IMG/VR virus record: IMGVR_UViG_3300027608_000021
Location: 19,150 to 83,149 of that record
Strand: one strand, 5' to 3'
DNA: 64,000 nucleotides
Origin: a virus
Below the pieces are notes generated by a model, which had not been told where the DNA came from, searched no databases, and saw only the letters and a list, made by a program, of their open reading frames with translations. The position numbers and the translations under genes were made by a program. Below, piece after piece: positions 19,467 to 29,864 of the stretch (position 1 is its first letter; every line of letters begins with the position of its first letter).

Positions 19467-20671
19467 TGTATAGTGGTATCCCGAATCTCAACGAATTCAA
19501 AGAAGCGCTGCTTGCGCCAATCCGAGACGTTAAGATTCGGGTTACTGCTTTAAATAGCAGTCTGGTGCCAATTCAGGAGGTTACCGCCTCCACAATTGAA
19601 GGAACAGTATACGTCGATACGTCGAGGGCAACACGGCGAACGTGTCAGCTCCGACTCATTGATAAGAACGGCGAGTACACGCCAAAAGATTCTAGCTCAG
19701 TCTTCTACTGGGACAAACTGATCAAGATTGAGTATGGACTGAAGATCGATGGTGAGTACACATATGTACCCCTAGGTGTCTTTACGATTGACCGATCTGA
19801 GATAATTGCAGAGAACGGCGCAGCTGTTATCAACATTGATGGCAGCGACCAGTGGGATTCGTTCTCTATGGCAACTTTCACCAGCAATAGTGGATGGGCA
19901 AGCGGAACTTCTATTAACCAGATTATCTCCGATACAGCAAGCCTGTGTGGATTACCTTTGACAAGAATTACCCTTGACCCACTAGGAAGTCGAAGTGCGA
20001 CCGAAAAGCAAGTCAACGTAACCTGGAAGTATTTTATTGGCGATAATATCGGTCAGAAGCTAAAAGACTGGGCTCAGGACTGGTCAATCGATATCTACTT
20101 TGATGTCAATGGCAACCTTGTCACCCATGACATGACCCTGCCACCATACACTGGTACCTCCAACAGCGCACCAGATGCATCATTCGCAGTTGGTGACAAT
20201 GCTATTATGCTTGGTATCCAAAAGGCTCAATCATCTCACACAATCTTTAACCACATTGTAGTTACTGGAGATACCTCCGATGGTACAGCAGCGGTTCGCG
20301 GCGAGTATATTGAAGGTACTGGTACAAATGTCAACACTTCACCGCTGAAGAGGACCTACAACGGTCGAGTAGGAACTGGTCTTACAATTCAAGAACTTGG
20401 ATCAAAGATTCTTGTAATTCGAACTACTACGCTTAAAACTTCTCAGCAGTGCCTCGACCGAGCAAAAGTTGAGCTGTCTAAGAATCTTGTCGTTGAGGAA
20501 ACGATTCAGTTGCCGACCATTGTAAACCCTTTATTTGAAGGTCACGATGTTATTGAGATTACTGAGCAGAACACTGGTCTCCAGCAGCAGAAATATACAC
20601 TAGATTCTTTTGATATTCCAATGCGCTCTAGCCGACAAGTTCTGAACGTCAAGAAGATGAGGGCACTCTAA
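19466..20671 (+). CDS. Baseplate hub / Tal-like minor tail protein
   Basis: TRRTCQL, YVPLGVF, IYFDVNG, FNHIVVTG motifs; synteny. Confidence 0.7.
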   Translation: MYSGIPNLNEFKEALLAPIRDVKIRVTALNSSLVPIQEVTASTIEGTVYVDTSRATRRTCQLRLIDKNGEYTPKDSSSVFYWDKLIKIEYGLKIDGEYTYVPLGVFTIDRSEIIAENGAAVINIDGSDQWDSFSMATFTSNSGWASGTSINQIISDTASLCGLPLTRITLDPLGSRSATEKQVNVTWKYFIGDNIGQKLKDWAQDWSIDIYFDVNGNLVTHDMTLPPYTGTSNSAPDASFAVGDNAIMLGIQKAQSSHTIFNHIVVTGDTSDGTAAVRGEYIEGTGTNVNTSPLKRTYNGRVGTGLTIQELGSKILVIRTTTLKTSQQCLDRAKVELSKNLVVEETIQLPTIVNPLFEGHDVIEITEQNTGLQQQKYTLDSFDIPMRSSRQVLNVKKMRAL

Positions 20672-21726
20672 TGGCAGATATTGGCGATAAGTCGTTTACC
20701 ACAGACATGATTCAGCTGATCAAAGATGCTGTTAAAGCAGAGCTTGGCACAAATGCATTTATTAACCGCTATCTTGCAGAAGTTACCGTAGTTAACTCTA
20801 CAACCTCTGAGATTACTGTAAAACTATCTGGATCAGACGTAGCAACTGATGGATTCCGCTCAAGAGGGTTGCAACTACCATCTGTTGGAGATCAAGTAAT
20901 TGCATGCGTAGATGGTCAAGACCGCTGGATTGAATCGGTGGTTCGCCCAGCAACAAGTACACCATATCTGCAAATCTCCTCTGGTGCTATTACTGGAGTC
21001 GCTGGAGCACCAACTGGCTCTGTTCTTGGGTGGCTCACTGGAACGGCTCCTACGGGCTGGCTTTTCTGCGATGGCACTTCATACGCATATGACACCTACC
21101 CAGCCTTAGGAGCGCTCCTAGGGGGGTCTGCGGGGGGAAATTTCAACGTCCCAGACATGAGGGATCGATTTCTCGGGTCTTTGGCTGCTGTCGGCACATG
21201 GTCCAATACCACAGGGGCAATTGGACCAAATAGCACGATTACAAATAGCCGTGCACATACACATTCAACATCTCACAGCCATAACCACAATCATACATTC
21301 AGTGGATCGTCTCATACCCATGGAGCTGGAACATATAATCCAACTGCAACAACAATTGGAGCACTAGCAACCACTCAAGCTGGATTGCATAGCCACACAG
21401 CGCCGATAGTAACTGAATCAAGCGGTTCACCATCCTCAACGGTTAACAGGGACTCTGGAGGAACTGCGGCTGCAACTGCATCGTCGACGCATACACACAG
21501 TTATACCGCTGGCGCATGGACAACTACAACTGCAACTTCTCATGACCATGATGTAACAGTTCCTTCTCACGACCACGGATTTAACGGAGATAGTGGAGGA
21601 GCTACACCATCAGGAACAATCGGTTCTGATAGCACAGTAGACACAACTGATACTGGCGCAGCAACGTATAGCGGATCTGACATTTCACCGAAAGCAACAA
21701 GACTAAACTTTATTATTAAAACCTAA
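20671..21726 (+). CDS. Tail fibre/spike with tail-collar domain and HxH-rich needle
   Basis: APTGWLFCDG...YPALGALLG...FNVPDMRDRF collar motif; many HxH; terminal LNFIIKT. Confidence 0.8.
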   Translation: MADIGDKSFTTDMIQLIKDAVKAELGTNAFINRYLAEVTVVNSTTSEITVKLSGSDVATDGFRSRGLQLPSVGDQVIACVDGQDRWIESVVRPATSTPYLQISSGAITGVAGAPTGSVLGWLTGTAPTGWLFCDGTSYAYDTYPALGALLGGSAGGNFNVPDMRDRFLGSLAAVGTWSNTTGAIGPNSTITNSRAHTHSTSHSHNHNHTFSGSSHTHGAGTYNPTATTIGALATTQAGLHSHTAPIVTESSGSPSSTVNRDSGGTAAATASSTHTHSYTAGAWTTTTATSHDHDVTVPSHDHGFNGDSGGATPSGTIGSDSTVDTTDTGAATYSGSDISPKATRLNFIIKT

Positions 21727-21735
21727 GGAGGGCTT

Positions 21736-22089
21736 ATGCCTGCTGGAAAGCATGACATTATTATCGAGCAAGGGGCTACCTTTCGACGGGTTATTACCTG
21801 GAAGGACTCGGCTGGAGCCGCAATTAATCTTACTGGCTATACTGCCAAGATGCAAGTACGAGAGCGTGTCCGTGATACGGACGTTGTGCTTGAGTGCAGC
21901 ACTGCAAATGGTCGGATTACGCTTGGAGGTAATCTTGGAACAATTACCATTGTTGCACAAGATGAAATTACAGCAACTCTCAGCGAGATGCCAAAGGCTG
22001 TCTATGACCTTGAACTTACCTCGGCTGGCGGAGAAGTTACACGCCTGCTTCGCGGGTACGCACAGATCGTTCCAGAGGTGACAAGATGA
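21736..22089 (+). CDS. Beta-sandwich tail/baseplate adaptor
   Basis: IEQGATF, INLTGYTAKMQVR, YDLEL, RLLRG...PEVTR pattern. Confidence 0.65.
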   Translation: MPAGKHDIIIEQGATFRRVITWKDSAGAAINLTGYTAKMQVRERVRDTDVVLECSTANGRITLGGNLGTITIVAQDEITATLSEMPKAVYDLELTSAGGEVTRLLRGYAQIVPEVTR

Positions 22090-22427
22090 CAGATATTGTA
22101 AACATTGAGAGCCCGAACACGGTTGTAGAAATAGATGAAACGAACCTAGAAGTAACGATGGCTGCAGCAGGACCGCAAGGTCCATCTGGCGCTGCTGGAG
22201 CTCAAGGACCTGCAGGTGCTGCTGGAGCATCACACTCTACATATGTACATAACCAGAATGTACCCGCAAGTTTTTGGGACATCACCCACAATCTTGTTTC
22301 ATACCCTTCAGTATCGGTTATTGATAGTACGGGCGGTTTCGTCGTTGGCGATATCAGCTACGTGTCGAATAACCGTCTAACAATCACTTTCTCTGGGTCT
22401 TTCTCAGGGCAAGCATTTTTGAATTAA
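22086..22427 (+). CDS. Small structural protein with short collagen-like segment
   Basis: GPQGPSGAAGAQGPAGAAG; WDITHNL..YPSVSVID domain. Confidence 0.65.
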   Translation: MTDIVNIESPNTVVEIDETNLEVTMAAAGPQGPSGAAGAQGPAGAAGASHSTYVHNQNVPASFWDITHNLVSYPSVSVIDSTGGFVVGDISYVSNNRLTITFSGSFSGQAFLN

Positions 22428-22436
22428 GGAGATACC

Positions 22437-23789
22437 ATGGCTACAAAGTTTCTTGCTAATATTAACCTAAGTCAGAACGAACTCCAGAACGCTCGAGTCC
22501 AGAACCTGACAACGACACAGATCAACGCGATCTCTGCTCCAGTTGAGGGTCAGATTGCTTATGATACGACGCTTGATGTACTGAAGTATTATAACGGTAC
22601 TGCTTGGACCGCACTTTCTAGTGGTGCTGGAACCGTCACTGCCGTTACTGGTACTGGCGCAATCTCATCGACTGGCGGAACAACCCCAGCGATCAGCATT
22701 GCCGACGCAACAACCAGCGTCAAGGGCGCTGTGCAACTCAGCGATTCTACGAGCACGACGAGCAGCATCCTTGCTGCAACCCCTACTGCGGTAAAGGCTG
22801 CGTACGACGCGGCTGCTGCTAAGGTAGCCAGCGTTACTGCTGGGTCTGCGCGAGTAACGATCGGCGGAACTGCAACTGCACCTACGGTGGATGTTGCTGC
22901 TGCTACAACCAGTGTTGCTGGTATCGTTGCACTCTCTGACTCAACCAGCACGACGAGCAGCGTACTTGCTGCTACGCCAACTGCTGTAAAGGCTGCGTAT
23001 GACCTCGCCGCTGGTAAGGCAAACACTTCCGACAAACTGAGCGTCTTTGCTGCGACCACCTCTGCCGAACTTGCTGGTGTCATCTCTGATGAGACTGGTA
23101 CTGGCGCGCTGGTCTTTGCAAACACTCCTACCCTCGTTACGCCAAACATTGGCGTAGCGACTGGTACGAGCCTTGTGCTTTCTGGCGACCTGACGGTCAA
23201 CGGAACCACGACGACCGTAAACTCCACAACCGTAACGGTTGACGACAAGAACCTTGAACTTGGTTCTGTTGCAAGCCCAACGGATGCTGGTGCTGACGGC
23301 GGAGGTATTACCCTCAAGGGTACGACTGATAAGACAATTTCCTGGGTAGATGCTACGGATGCATGGACTCTCTCTGAGCATGCAGACCTTGCTGCTGCCA
23401 AGGAATACAAGATCGCTGGAGCAAGCGTGCTCAGCGCATCGACTCTTGGAAGCGGCGTAACTGGCTCAAGCCTTACGTCGGTTGGAACGATTGCCACAGG
23501 CGTGTGGAATGGTACTGACATCGCTGTCGCAGACGGCGGTACTGGTTCTGGCACGGCTGCTGGTGCTAAGACGAACCTTGGCTTTATGACCCGCTACGCG
23601 GTCACGGCAACGTGGACCGCTGGCGAAAACAAGACCATTACGCACGCCCTTGGAACCAAGGATGTGACGTTTAGCGTCTACGATTCTTCAGATAACTACG
23701 TCATTGCTGACGTTGTTACTGCAACTACAAATACTATTACGGTAATGTGCAGCGTTGCTGGCGATTACCGAGTAGTAGTAATCGGCTGA
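22437..23789 (+). CDS. Tail fibre protein
   Basis: Two G.VQLSDSTSTTSS.LAATPTAVKAAYD phage-fibre repeats; Thr/Ala/Gly-rich. Confidence 0.8.
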   Translation: MATKFLANINLSQNELQNARVQNLTTTQINAISAPVEGQIAYDTTLDVLKYYNGTAWTALSSGAGTVTAVTGTGAISSTGGTTPAISIADATTSVKGAVQLSDSTSTTSSILAATPTAVKAAYDAAAAKVASVTAGSARVTIGGTATAPTVDVAAATTSVAGIVALSDSTSTTSSVLAATPTAVKAAYDLAAGKANTSDKLSVFAATTSAELAGVISDETGTGALVFANTPTLVTPNIGVATGTSLVLSGDLTVNGTTTTVNSTTVTVDDKNLELGSVASPTDAGADGGGITLKGTTDKTISWVDATDAWTLSEHADLAAAKEYKIAGASVLSASTLGSGVTGSSLTSVGTIATGVWNGTDIAVADGGTGSGTAAGAKTNLGFMTRYAVTATWTAGENKTITHALGTKDVTFSVYDSSDNYVIADVVTATTNTITVMCSVAGDYRVVVIG

Positions 23790-23807
23790 TAACCGAAGGA
23801 GGTTTAC

Positions 23808-24389
23808 ATGCCTAAGTTTACTGCGTCATTAAATCTCCCGAAGTACGCCACGGCTCCAGCGAGTCCTGTGGACGGAGACGTTTACTACAACACGACTGAC
23901 AACAAGGTCTACTCACGCATCAATGGTGCGTGGGTAGACCTTGCTGCTTCTGGTGGTGGTGGTGGTGGTAATGCCGTGTACTATCAGACAACTGCTCCAG
24001 CAACTGGAAATGATGGGGACATCTGGATTGACTCTGATACATTTACCGTAGAGGCTAGCGGAGCAAACGGAGTTAACGCTTACAATGTTCCGATCACAAC
24101 ACAAGCAACTGCAAGGGATATTGCCCTAACAGATCTTGGAAAAATGATTGAGTCAACTTCTGCAACTGCAGTAACAATTACAGTTCGTTCAGATGGTGTC
24201 GTCCCTGGTTTTATTGCTGGTGATCAGATTATGATTCTTCAGTCTGGGGCTGGGCAGGTTACAATTGCTGGTAACGGTGCAACTATTAACGGCACACCTG
24301 GTTTGAAATTGAGGACCCAGTGGTCTTCAGCAACGCTTATTAAGCGAGACGCAAACACTTGGGTACTTATTGGGGATACAACGCCATGA
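23808..24389 (+). CDS. Fibre adaptor protein A
   Basis: C-terminal Q.GAGQVTI...GLKLRTQWSSATLIK...W.LIGD domain; paralogue of 25440-25931. Confidence 0.6.
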   Translation: MPKFTASLNLPKYATAPASPVDGDVYYNTTDNKVYSRINGAWVDLAASGGGGGGNAVYYQTTAPATGNDGDIWIDSDTFTVEASGANGVNAYNVPITTQATARDIALTDLGKMIESTSATAVTITVRSDGVVPGFIAGDQIMILQSGAGQVTIAGNGATINGTPGLKLRTQWSSATLIKRDANTWVLIGDTTP

Positions 24390-25411
24390 TTTCCGCAACC
24401 TCTTCAATGACTCAAAGTATTCAGACAGGTTTTCCCGCTATTGCCGTTTCGCATAACACTACCCCATTCATTGCCGCCTACCCTTGGACTGGTGCGTTTG
24501 GAACCAAGGTTGCCAACCCAGCAACGCTGCCTGGAAGCAATGGGCAAGGAGTCACGTTTACCCCATCAGGTAGCCATATTGCCATATCGTACGGCACAAG
24601 TCCATACATTTCCGTCTACCCTTGGCGGGGGTTGTTTGGAACAAAGGTTGCAAACGCAGCAACACTGGTTGCAGGCAGCGGTTTCAGCGTAGCCTTCACT
24701 CCGTCAGGCGACCATATCGCTGTAGCGCATAGCACCACCCCATTCATCTCCGTTTACCCTTGGACAGGAGATTTTGGGACCAAGGTTGCTAATCCAGCAA
24801 CGCTGCCTGCAGCCACTGGCAACGGCGTAGCCTTCACCGCATCAGGTAGTTATATTGCCACGGCGGAATTTAACTCCCCATATGTCGGTGTCTACCCTTG
24901 GAATGGATCGTTTGGGACAAGGGTTGGCAATCCTGCAACGCTGCCTGCGGGCACTGGTCGCTCCGTAGCCTTCACCCCATCAGGTGATTATATTGCCGTT
25001 GGGCATAACACCACCCCATACATTTCCGCTTACCCTTGGACTGGTGCGTTTGGGACAAAGGTTGCTGATCCAGGAACCCTGCCTGCAAGCACTGGCAACG
25101 GCGTAGCCTTCACCCCGTCAGGTAGTTATATTGCCGTTGCGCACGCCACCACCCCATACATTGCCGCCTACCCTTGGACTGGTGCGTTTGGAACCAAGGT
25201 TGCCAACCCAGCAACTACTCCTTCAAGCACTGGCAGCGGCGTAGCCTTCACCTCGTCAGGCGACCATATCGCCGTAGCCCACACAGGCACTCCGTTCATC
25301 GCCGTCTATCCTTGGACAGGAGCATTTGGGACGAAGGTTGCTAATCCAGCCGTGTCACCTGCACAGGCTGGGTACAACGTAGCCTTCAAGGCAAGTACGG
25401 GAAAGCAATAA
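24386..25411 (+). CDS. Seven-bladed beta-propeller protein A (putative receptor-binding protein)
   Basis: Seven 46-aa repeats (IAV.H...P.I..YPW.G.FGTKVANPATLP...G..VAFTPSG); ATGA overlap with adaptor A. Confidence 0.75.
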   Translation: MISATSSMTQSIQTGFPAIAVSHNTTPFIAAYPWTGAFGTKVANPATLPGSNGQGVTFTPSGSHIAISYGTSPYISVYPWRGLFGTKVANAATLVAGSGFSVAFTPSGDHIAVAHSTTPFISVYPWTGDFGTKVANPATLPAATGNGVAFTASGSYIATAEFNSPYVGVYPWNGSFGTRVGNPATLPAGTGRSVAFTPSGDYIAVGHNTTPYISAYPWTGAFGTKVADPGTLPASTGNGVAFTPSGSYIAVAHATTPYIAAYPWTGAFGTKVANPATTPSSTGSGVAFTSSGDHIAVAHTGTPFIAVYPWTGAFGTKVANPAVSPAQAGYNVAFKASTGKQ

Positions 25412-25439
25412 AGTAGAATGAAAAAAATTTGGAGGTTAC

Positions 25440-25931
25440 ATGGGAAATAAGATGTATGTTAGGAGCGCTGGTTCATGGGTAGAAACAACTGCTGGTTCTG
25501 CAGTTACTACTTCTGCGTCTATTCCTTCTAGCCCAGTTACTGGACAAACATATTTTAATACTACTGAAGATGTTCTATATGTTTACGATGGATCAGCTTG
25601 GTATCCTGCGGCAAATAAAGATTTGAATATTGAACAAAGGACCAGTTCTCAGGTGCTTGCGCTTGCAGACAAAAATCTTCTTATTGAAATGAACGTCGCA
25701 ACTGGAAATACGGTTTCAATCCCAACTGATGCGTCTGTTTCTTTTCCAATTGGAACACAAATTAATATCTCCCAACTTGGTATTGGTCAAACAACTATTC
25801 AGGCAGTAACTTCAGGAACTACTACCGTTGTCGGATCTCCAGGTCTTAAACTTCGTGCGCAGTATTCGTTTGTAACGTGTATTAAGCGCGCTGCAAACTT
25901 CTGGATTGTAGTTGGAGATACAGCAGCATGA
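25440..25931 (+). CDS. Fibre adaptor protein B
   Basis: Same C-terminal domain as adaptor A (GLKLRAQYS...W.VVGD); GGAGG RBS. Confidence 0.6.
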   Translation: MGNKMYVRSAGSWVETTAGSAVTTSASIPSSPVTGQTYFNTTEDVLYVYDGSAWYPAANKDLNIEQRTSSQVLALADKNLLIEMNVATGNTVSIPTDASVSFPIGTQINISQLGIGQTTIQAVTSGTTTVVGSPGLKLRAQYSFVTCIKRAANFWIVVGDTAA

Positions 25932-26947
25932 TTCCTGGAGTTGTTGCACAGAATATTCAAACAGGATTTCCGTCTATCGTCATCGGTAATTCAACGAGCA
26001 CATTTATTCACGCCTATCCTTGGGCGGGTGGGTTTAAAACAAAGGTTGCTGATCCAGAAACCATGCCTGCTGGTGAGATTAGTGGCATAGCATTCACGCC
26101 ATCTGGTAGTCATATCGCCGTATCACACACAGGCTCTCCATTTGTTTCCTCCTACCTTTGGCGTGGTGCATTCGGAACCAAGGTTTCCGATCCATCAACC
26201 CTTCCTGCGGGGGATGGGCGAGGCGTAGCCTTCACCCCATCAGGTGATAACATCGCCGTTGCGTACAACGGCTCACCAGGAGTTTCGGTGTATCCTTGGA
26301 CTGGAGCTTTTGGAACCAAGGTTGCCAACCCAGCAATACTGCCTGGAGTTACAAACAGCGTGACCTTCACCGCATCAGGTAGTTATATTGCCACGGCGGA
26401 ATTTAGCTCTTCATATATCGGTGTCTACCCTTGGAATGGATCGTGGGGGACAAGGGTTGCTAATCCAGCAACGCTGCCTGTAAGCATTGGTAACGATGTA
26501 GCATTCACGCCATCTGGTAGTCATATCGCCCTTGCGCATAACTCCACCCCATTTATTGCCGTTTACCCATTTGCTGGGACGTTTGGAACCAAGGTTGCTA
26601 ATCCTGCAACGCTGCCTGTGGGCAATGGGCGAGGCGTAGCCTTCACCCCGTCAGGTAGTTATATTGCCGTTGCGAGCCAAACCACCCCATTCATCTCCGT
26701 TTATCCCTGGACTGGTGCGTTTGGAACCAAGGTTGCTAATCCAGCGTCGGGGATTCCAAGCAGTGGGCAAAAGGTGCAGTTTGACTACTCTGGTAGTTAT
26801 ATTGCCATTGCGCACGACTCCAGCCCATTTGTTTCCGTTTACCCTTGGACGGGAACATTCGGGACAAAGGTTGCCAACCCAACAGTACTTCCAGGTGGCA
26901 CTACGGGGAAAAACGTAACCTTTAAGGGAAACACTGGTAAGTTATAG
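25928..26947 (+). CDS. Seven-bladed beta-propeller protein B
   Basis: Paralogue of propeller A with the same ~46-aa repeat; ATGA overlap with adaptor B. Confidence 0.75.
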   Translation: MIPGVVAQNIQTGFPSIVIGNSTSTFIHAYPWAGGFKTKVADPETMPAGEISGIAFTPSGSHIAVSHTGSPFVSSYLWRGAFGTKVSDPSTLPAGDGRGVAFTPSGDNIAVAYNGSPGVSVYPWTGAFGTKVANPAILPGVTNSVTFTASGSYIATAEFSSSYIGVYPWNGSWGTRVANPATLPVSIGNDVAFTPSGSHIALAHNSTPFIAVYPFAGTFGTKVANPATLPVGNGRGVAFTPSGSYIAVASQTTPFISVYPWTGAFGTKVANPASGIPSSGQKVQFDYSGSYIAIAHDSSPFVSVYPWTGTFGTKVANPTVLPGGTTGKNVTFKGNTGKL

Positions 26948-27012
26948 TGTATAATTAACCCACCAAAAAACTTTTGGTGGGTAATATAGTGCCGAAAGGC
27001 AAGGAGTATATC

Positions 27013-27396
27013 GTGATTGTTACAGACGAGAAGAAGATCCAAGACCTCGCAGACAACGTAGTCATGCGAACGCACGAAGTGTATCAGTACGATCTGAACA
27101 TTTCTAATTATCAGACAATTCTATCCGCAAGCGACGGCTCTTACCCAGCACACCTTCGCGCCTTGATTAACCTTTCGGACGATCAGGCTGTTGAGCAGTG
27201 TCCGATTGGAGATCTCGCAGAACTTGCAGAGCTCCAGCAGTATACTCGAGTCTCAAAGCTTATCCGCTCAGAGATCGTAGAGCGAACAAAGACAAACAGC
27301 ATCTTGAGCGTAATCGCCGCACAACTTCACACACTTCTTCCTTCAACCGAAGATTACGATGCTGCTATTGATGCTGCAGTCGCCCGAAGGGGATAA
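27013..27396 (+). CDS. Hypothetical protein (possible fibre chaperone)
   Basis: AAGGAG RBS before GTG 27013; helical acidic ORF after the fibre genes. Confidence 0.6.
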   Translation: MIVTDEKKIQDLADNVVMRTHEVYQYDLNISNYQTILSASDGSYPAHLRALINLSDDQAVEQCPIGDLAELAELQQYTRVSKLIRSEIVERTKTNSILSVIAAQLHTLLPSTEDYDAAIDAAVARRG

Positions 27397-27418
27397 TCAA
27401 AGTAATTAGGAGTACCCT

Positions 27419-27604
27419 ATGACTAAAGGTCAAGCAGATCTTATCCTTGAACGGCTTGACCGAATTGAGGGTGATCTCACACTGATCAAACTAGAGATGG
27501 CTGAAACACGAGGCGCATATCGGCTTGCTAAGTTTGTGATTGCCCTTCTGGGCGTAAGCGGACTAGGCGGCGTTACCGCGTGGCTCGCAGGGCAGGGCAA
27601 ATAA
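27419..27604 (+). CDS. Small coiled-coil + single-TM protein (holin/antiholin-like)
   Basis: LERLDRIEGDL coiled coil then hydrophobic helix; AGGAG RBS. Confidence 0.55.
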   Translation: MTKGQADLILERLDRIEGDLTLIKLEMAETRGAYRLAKFVIALLGVSGLGGVTAWLAGQGK

Positions 27605-27852
27605 TGACAACAGAAGTAATTTGGTGGGTGACCTACCACGATAACTACCCTGGAAGAGAAGGCATGATGCATGGATACTTTGCCAATGCAGATTGTGGAA
27701 CCAGCGAACTAAGGAATGCTCCTATTGAACTTCATCCAGCAAGTGGATGTCTAATTGACCATGAGTCAAGAATTGCAGAAGTAGAAATTCCACAATGGAT
27801 TAAGACTGATTTAGAGCGAAACCACTGGGAAAAAGAAAACAACAACTCGTAA
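27604..27852 (+). CDS. Hypothetical protein
   Basis: TAATG overlap with the upstream stop; co-oriented. Confidence 0.55.
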   Translation: MTTEVIWWVTYHDNYPGREGMMHGYFANADCGTSELRNAPIELHPASGCLIDHESRIAEVEIPQWIKTDLERNHWEKENNNS

Positions 27853-27873
27853 ACATACCCTGAGGAGGTGCGT

Positions 27874-29064
27874 ATGAACCGACTCAGAGTTACTATAGTA
27901 ACCACGATTATCTTCACCGCCGCGTTTACTGCGGCACTATTCTCCGCCACCCCAGTCAAGGGACTGGAAGATGCGGATACCTGGGATCAGCAGGTTGATG
28001 CCAATGGCACAATCACGCTGGAAGAAGGCTCTGTCGTAATCAACGGGTCGAACAATCCGTTGACAGGGCAGCCTTGGCAGAATACTTCAACGCAAATCAC
28101 CACCGACTCTTCGGTCGGTGAGACAGTCGTTTTTGACTGGTCTTATTTCACAACAGACGGCTCGTTTTATGACAAGCCTCAGGTTGCCTGGAACGGCGAG
28201 TGGTATAACCTCGTTGAAGGAAATGCTCAAGCAGGAAGCGGAACAATTACTGGATATATCACCGCTGGTGGTATTTTCGGGTTTAGAGTTCTGTCTACCG
28301 ACTCCTGCTGTGGCGTAGGGACGCTTACGATTACGAATACTTCTTGGATTGTCGGACTTCCGCCAACTCCAGAGCCGACTCCTGAACCAACCCCAGAACC
28401 AACCCCGACTCCTGAGCCGACACCAGAGCCAACGCCTGAGCCGACACCGACTCCTGAGCCTACGCCTGAGCCCACGCCAGAGCCAACACTGCCACCAACT
28501 CCTGAGCCCACGCCTGAGCCAGAACCAGAGCCGACTGTAGAGCCGACTCCTGAGCCAGAGCCAGAGCCAGAGCCAACGGCAGAACCAAGCGAGGAGCCGT
28601 CAATTGAACCAGAACCAGAGCCAGAGCCGTCTACCGAACCCGAACCGTCGCCCGAAGAAACAGAGGAGCCTGAAGAGTCTCCTGTGGTATCTCCTGATCC
28701 CACTGATGTACCTGATCCTAAACCCGAATCCGATTTGCCAGATCTAGGCGAAGTAGGAGAAGCGGTTGAGGCTGTGGCAGAGGCTATCGGAGAAACATTT
28801 GAAGCTATCGGAGAAACATTCGGAGAGGCTTTAGAAACGGTGGTAAATCTTGGCGCTGACCTTTCCGAAGAGGAGAGGCAAGAAGTCCAAGCGCCAATTG
28901 TATCAGCGATTATCGTAACGCAAGTCGCTCAAGCGGCTGTCTCGATGGCTATTGCTGCACGACCAACACCTCCAAGCGCACCAACCCCAACGCCTTCAGG
29001 CGGTGGCGGAGCGCCTGTCGGTGATGCAAAAAGTAGTGGATCAACGAAGAGGAGCCGTCAATGA
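27874..29064 (+). CDS. Secreted/membrane protein: signal peptide, beta-rich domain, long (PEPT)n linker, C-terminal hydrophobic helix
   Basis: Hydrophobic N-terminus, ~100 aa Pro/Glu/Thr repeat, [21 protein letters not shown]; GAGGAGG RBS. Confidence 0.75.
   Translation: MNRLRVTIVTTIIFTAAFTAALFSATPVKGLEDADTWDQQVDANGTITLEEGSVVINGSNNPLTGQPWQNTSTQITTDSSVGETVVFDWSYFTTDGSFYDKPQVAWNGEWYNLVEGNAQAGSGTITGYITAGGIFGFRVLSTDSCCGVGTLTITNTSWIVGLPPTPEPTPEPTPEPTPTPEPTPEPTPEPTPTPEPTPEPTPEPTLPPTPEPTPEPEPEPTVEPTPEPEPEPEPTAEPSEEPSIEPEPEPEPSTEPEPSPEETEEPEESPVVSPDPTDVPDPKPESDLPDLGEVGEAVEAVAEAIGETFEAIGETFGEALETVVNLGADLSEEERQEVQAPIVSAIIVTQVAQAAVSMAIAARPTPPSAPTPTPSGGGGAPVGDAKSSGSTKRSRQ
28362..28655 (+). repeat. Degenerate coding tandem repeat (PTPE/PE units)
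   Basis: Repeated CCNACNCCNGAR and CCAGAG units. Confidence 0.85.
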
Positions 29065-29231
29065 TTAAGAAGATCATTAATGAAATCGTAGCAACTGGCT
29101 GGACTGTTTTTGGTCTTGCTATTGCATGGGCAGTTCTGCCCGATGGAGCAACCCGCGACTTTGTTGGCGCGACTTTGTTGTTCCTGACACTAATCTGGGG
29201 TCTTACGATGCCCCTTCGCATCAAGGAATAG
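29061..29231 (+). CDS. Two-TM small membrane protein (56 aa, below the ORF-track cutoff)
   Basis: [56 protein letters not shown]; GAGGAG RBS; ATGA overlap. Confidence 0.7.
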   Translation: MIKKIINEIVATGWTVFGLAIAWAVLPDGATRDFVGATLLFLTLIWGLTMPLRIKE

Positions 29232-29240
29232 GAGAGACTC

Positions 29241-29855
29241 ATGAAGTTTAAGGTCAAGTCACAACTCGACCACGTTGAAAAGGGCGGCATTCTTGACGAC
29301 TGCGGTCCTTCTAGTGCCGCTGCCGCTGTTGCTTGGGCAACCAAGTACAAGTTGGACCCAAGTGCTGGAGACGGCATCAAGGCGAAGGAGCGCGCTACTG
29401 GCTTCGTCGAGAAGCAGGGCGTATCCGACAACGGTTCGTCTCTCGGCGACCTCGTTAAGACGGTCAAGCAACTTGGTGCAACCGCCCGACCTGCAAAGTC
29501 TTGGGACGATGTTGTCGCATCTGCCGCTCGCGGTGCTGCGCTAATCGTCTGGGTACAGCAGGCTGTTGGATATCCAGATGTGGAGATCTCGCAGTGGCAC
29601 AAGAAGTGGGAGACCTACTGGAAGAAGGCTGGACCATCACACATCAAGGAAGGCTACGGTCATATGACTGCGGCTTGCTTTGATGCGGTGGAAGGCTGGC
29701 AGTGGGCATGCCCGACTCGCTCAGGCAAGGGCAAGGAACAGTTTGCCGTGAAGGTGACGGAAGCGCAGTTGAAGGCTATCGCAGACTCCAAGAGGGTCTC
29801 TGGCAAGGACAAGGCTCTTCCTCACAAGCACGTCGTCATTGTAGAAGTAAAGTAG
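29241..29855 (+). CDS. Putative endolysin, papain-like (C39-like) cysteine peptidase
   Basis: SQLD...DCGPSSAAAA catalytic-Cys motif, GH motif, next to the holin. Confidence 0.6.
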   Translation: MKFKVKSQLDHVEKGGILDDCGPSSAAAAVAWATKYKLDPSAGDGIKAKERATGFVEKQGVSDNGSSLGDLVKTVKQLGATARPAKSWDDVVASAARGAALIVWVQQAVGYPDVEISQWHKKWETYWKKAGPSHIKEGYGHMTAACFDAVEGWQWACPTRSGKGKEQFAVKVTEAQLKAIADSKRVSGKDKALPHKHVVIVEVK

Positions 29856-29864
29856 GAGTATTGA

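Noticed and set aside
22589-23554. 321-aa minus-strand ORF (also 38206-39195, 28227-28703 and other antisense ORFs)
   Set aside because: They mirror biased codon usage or low complexity of well-supported genes on the opposite strand.
24386-26947. Diversity-generating retroelement TR/VR pair
   Set aside because: No reverse transcriptase was found, both repeat sets are coding, and the differences do not look adenine-restricted.
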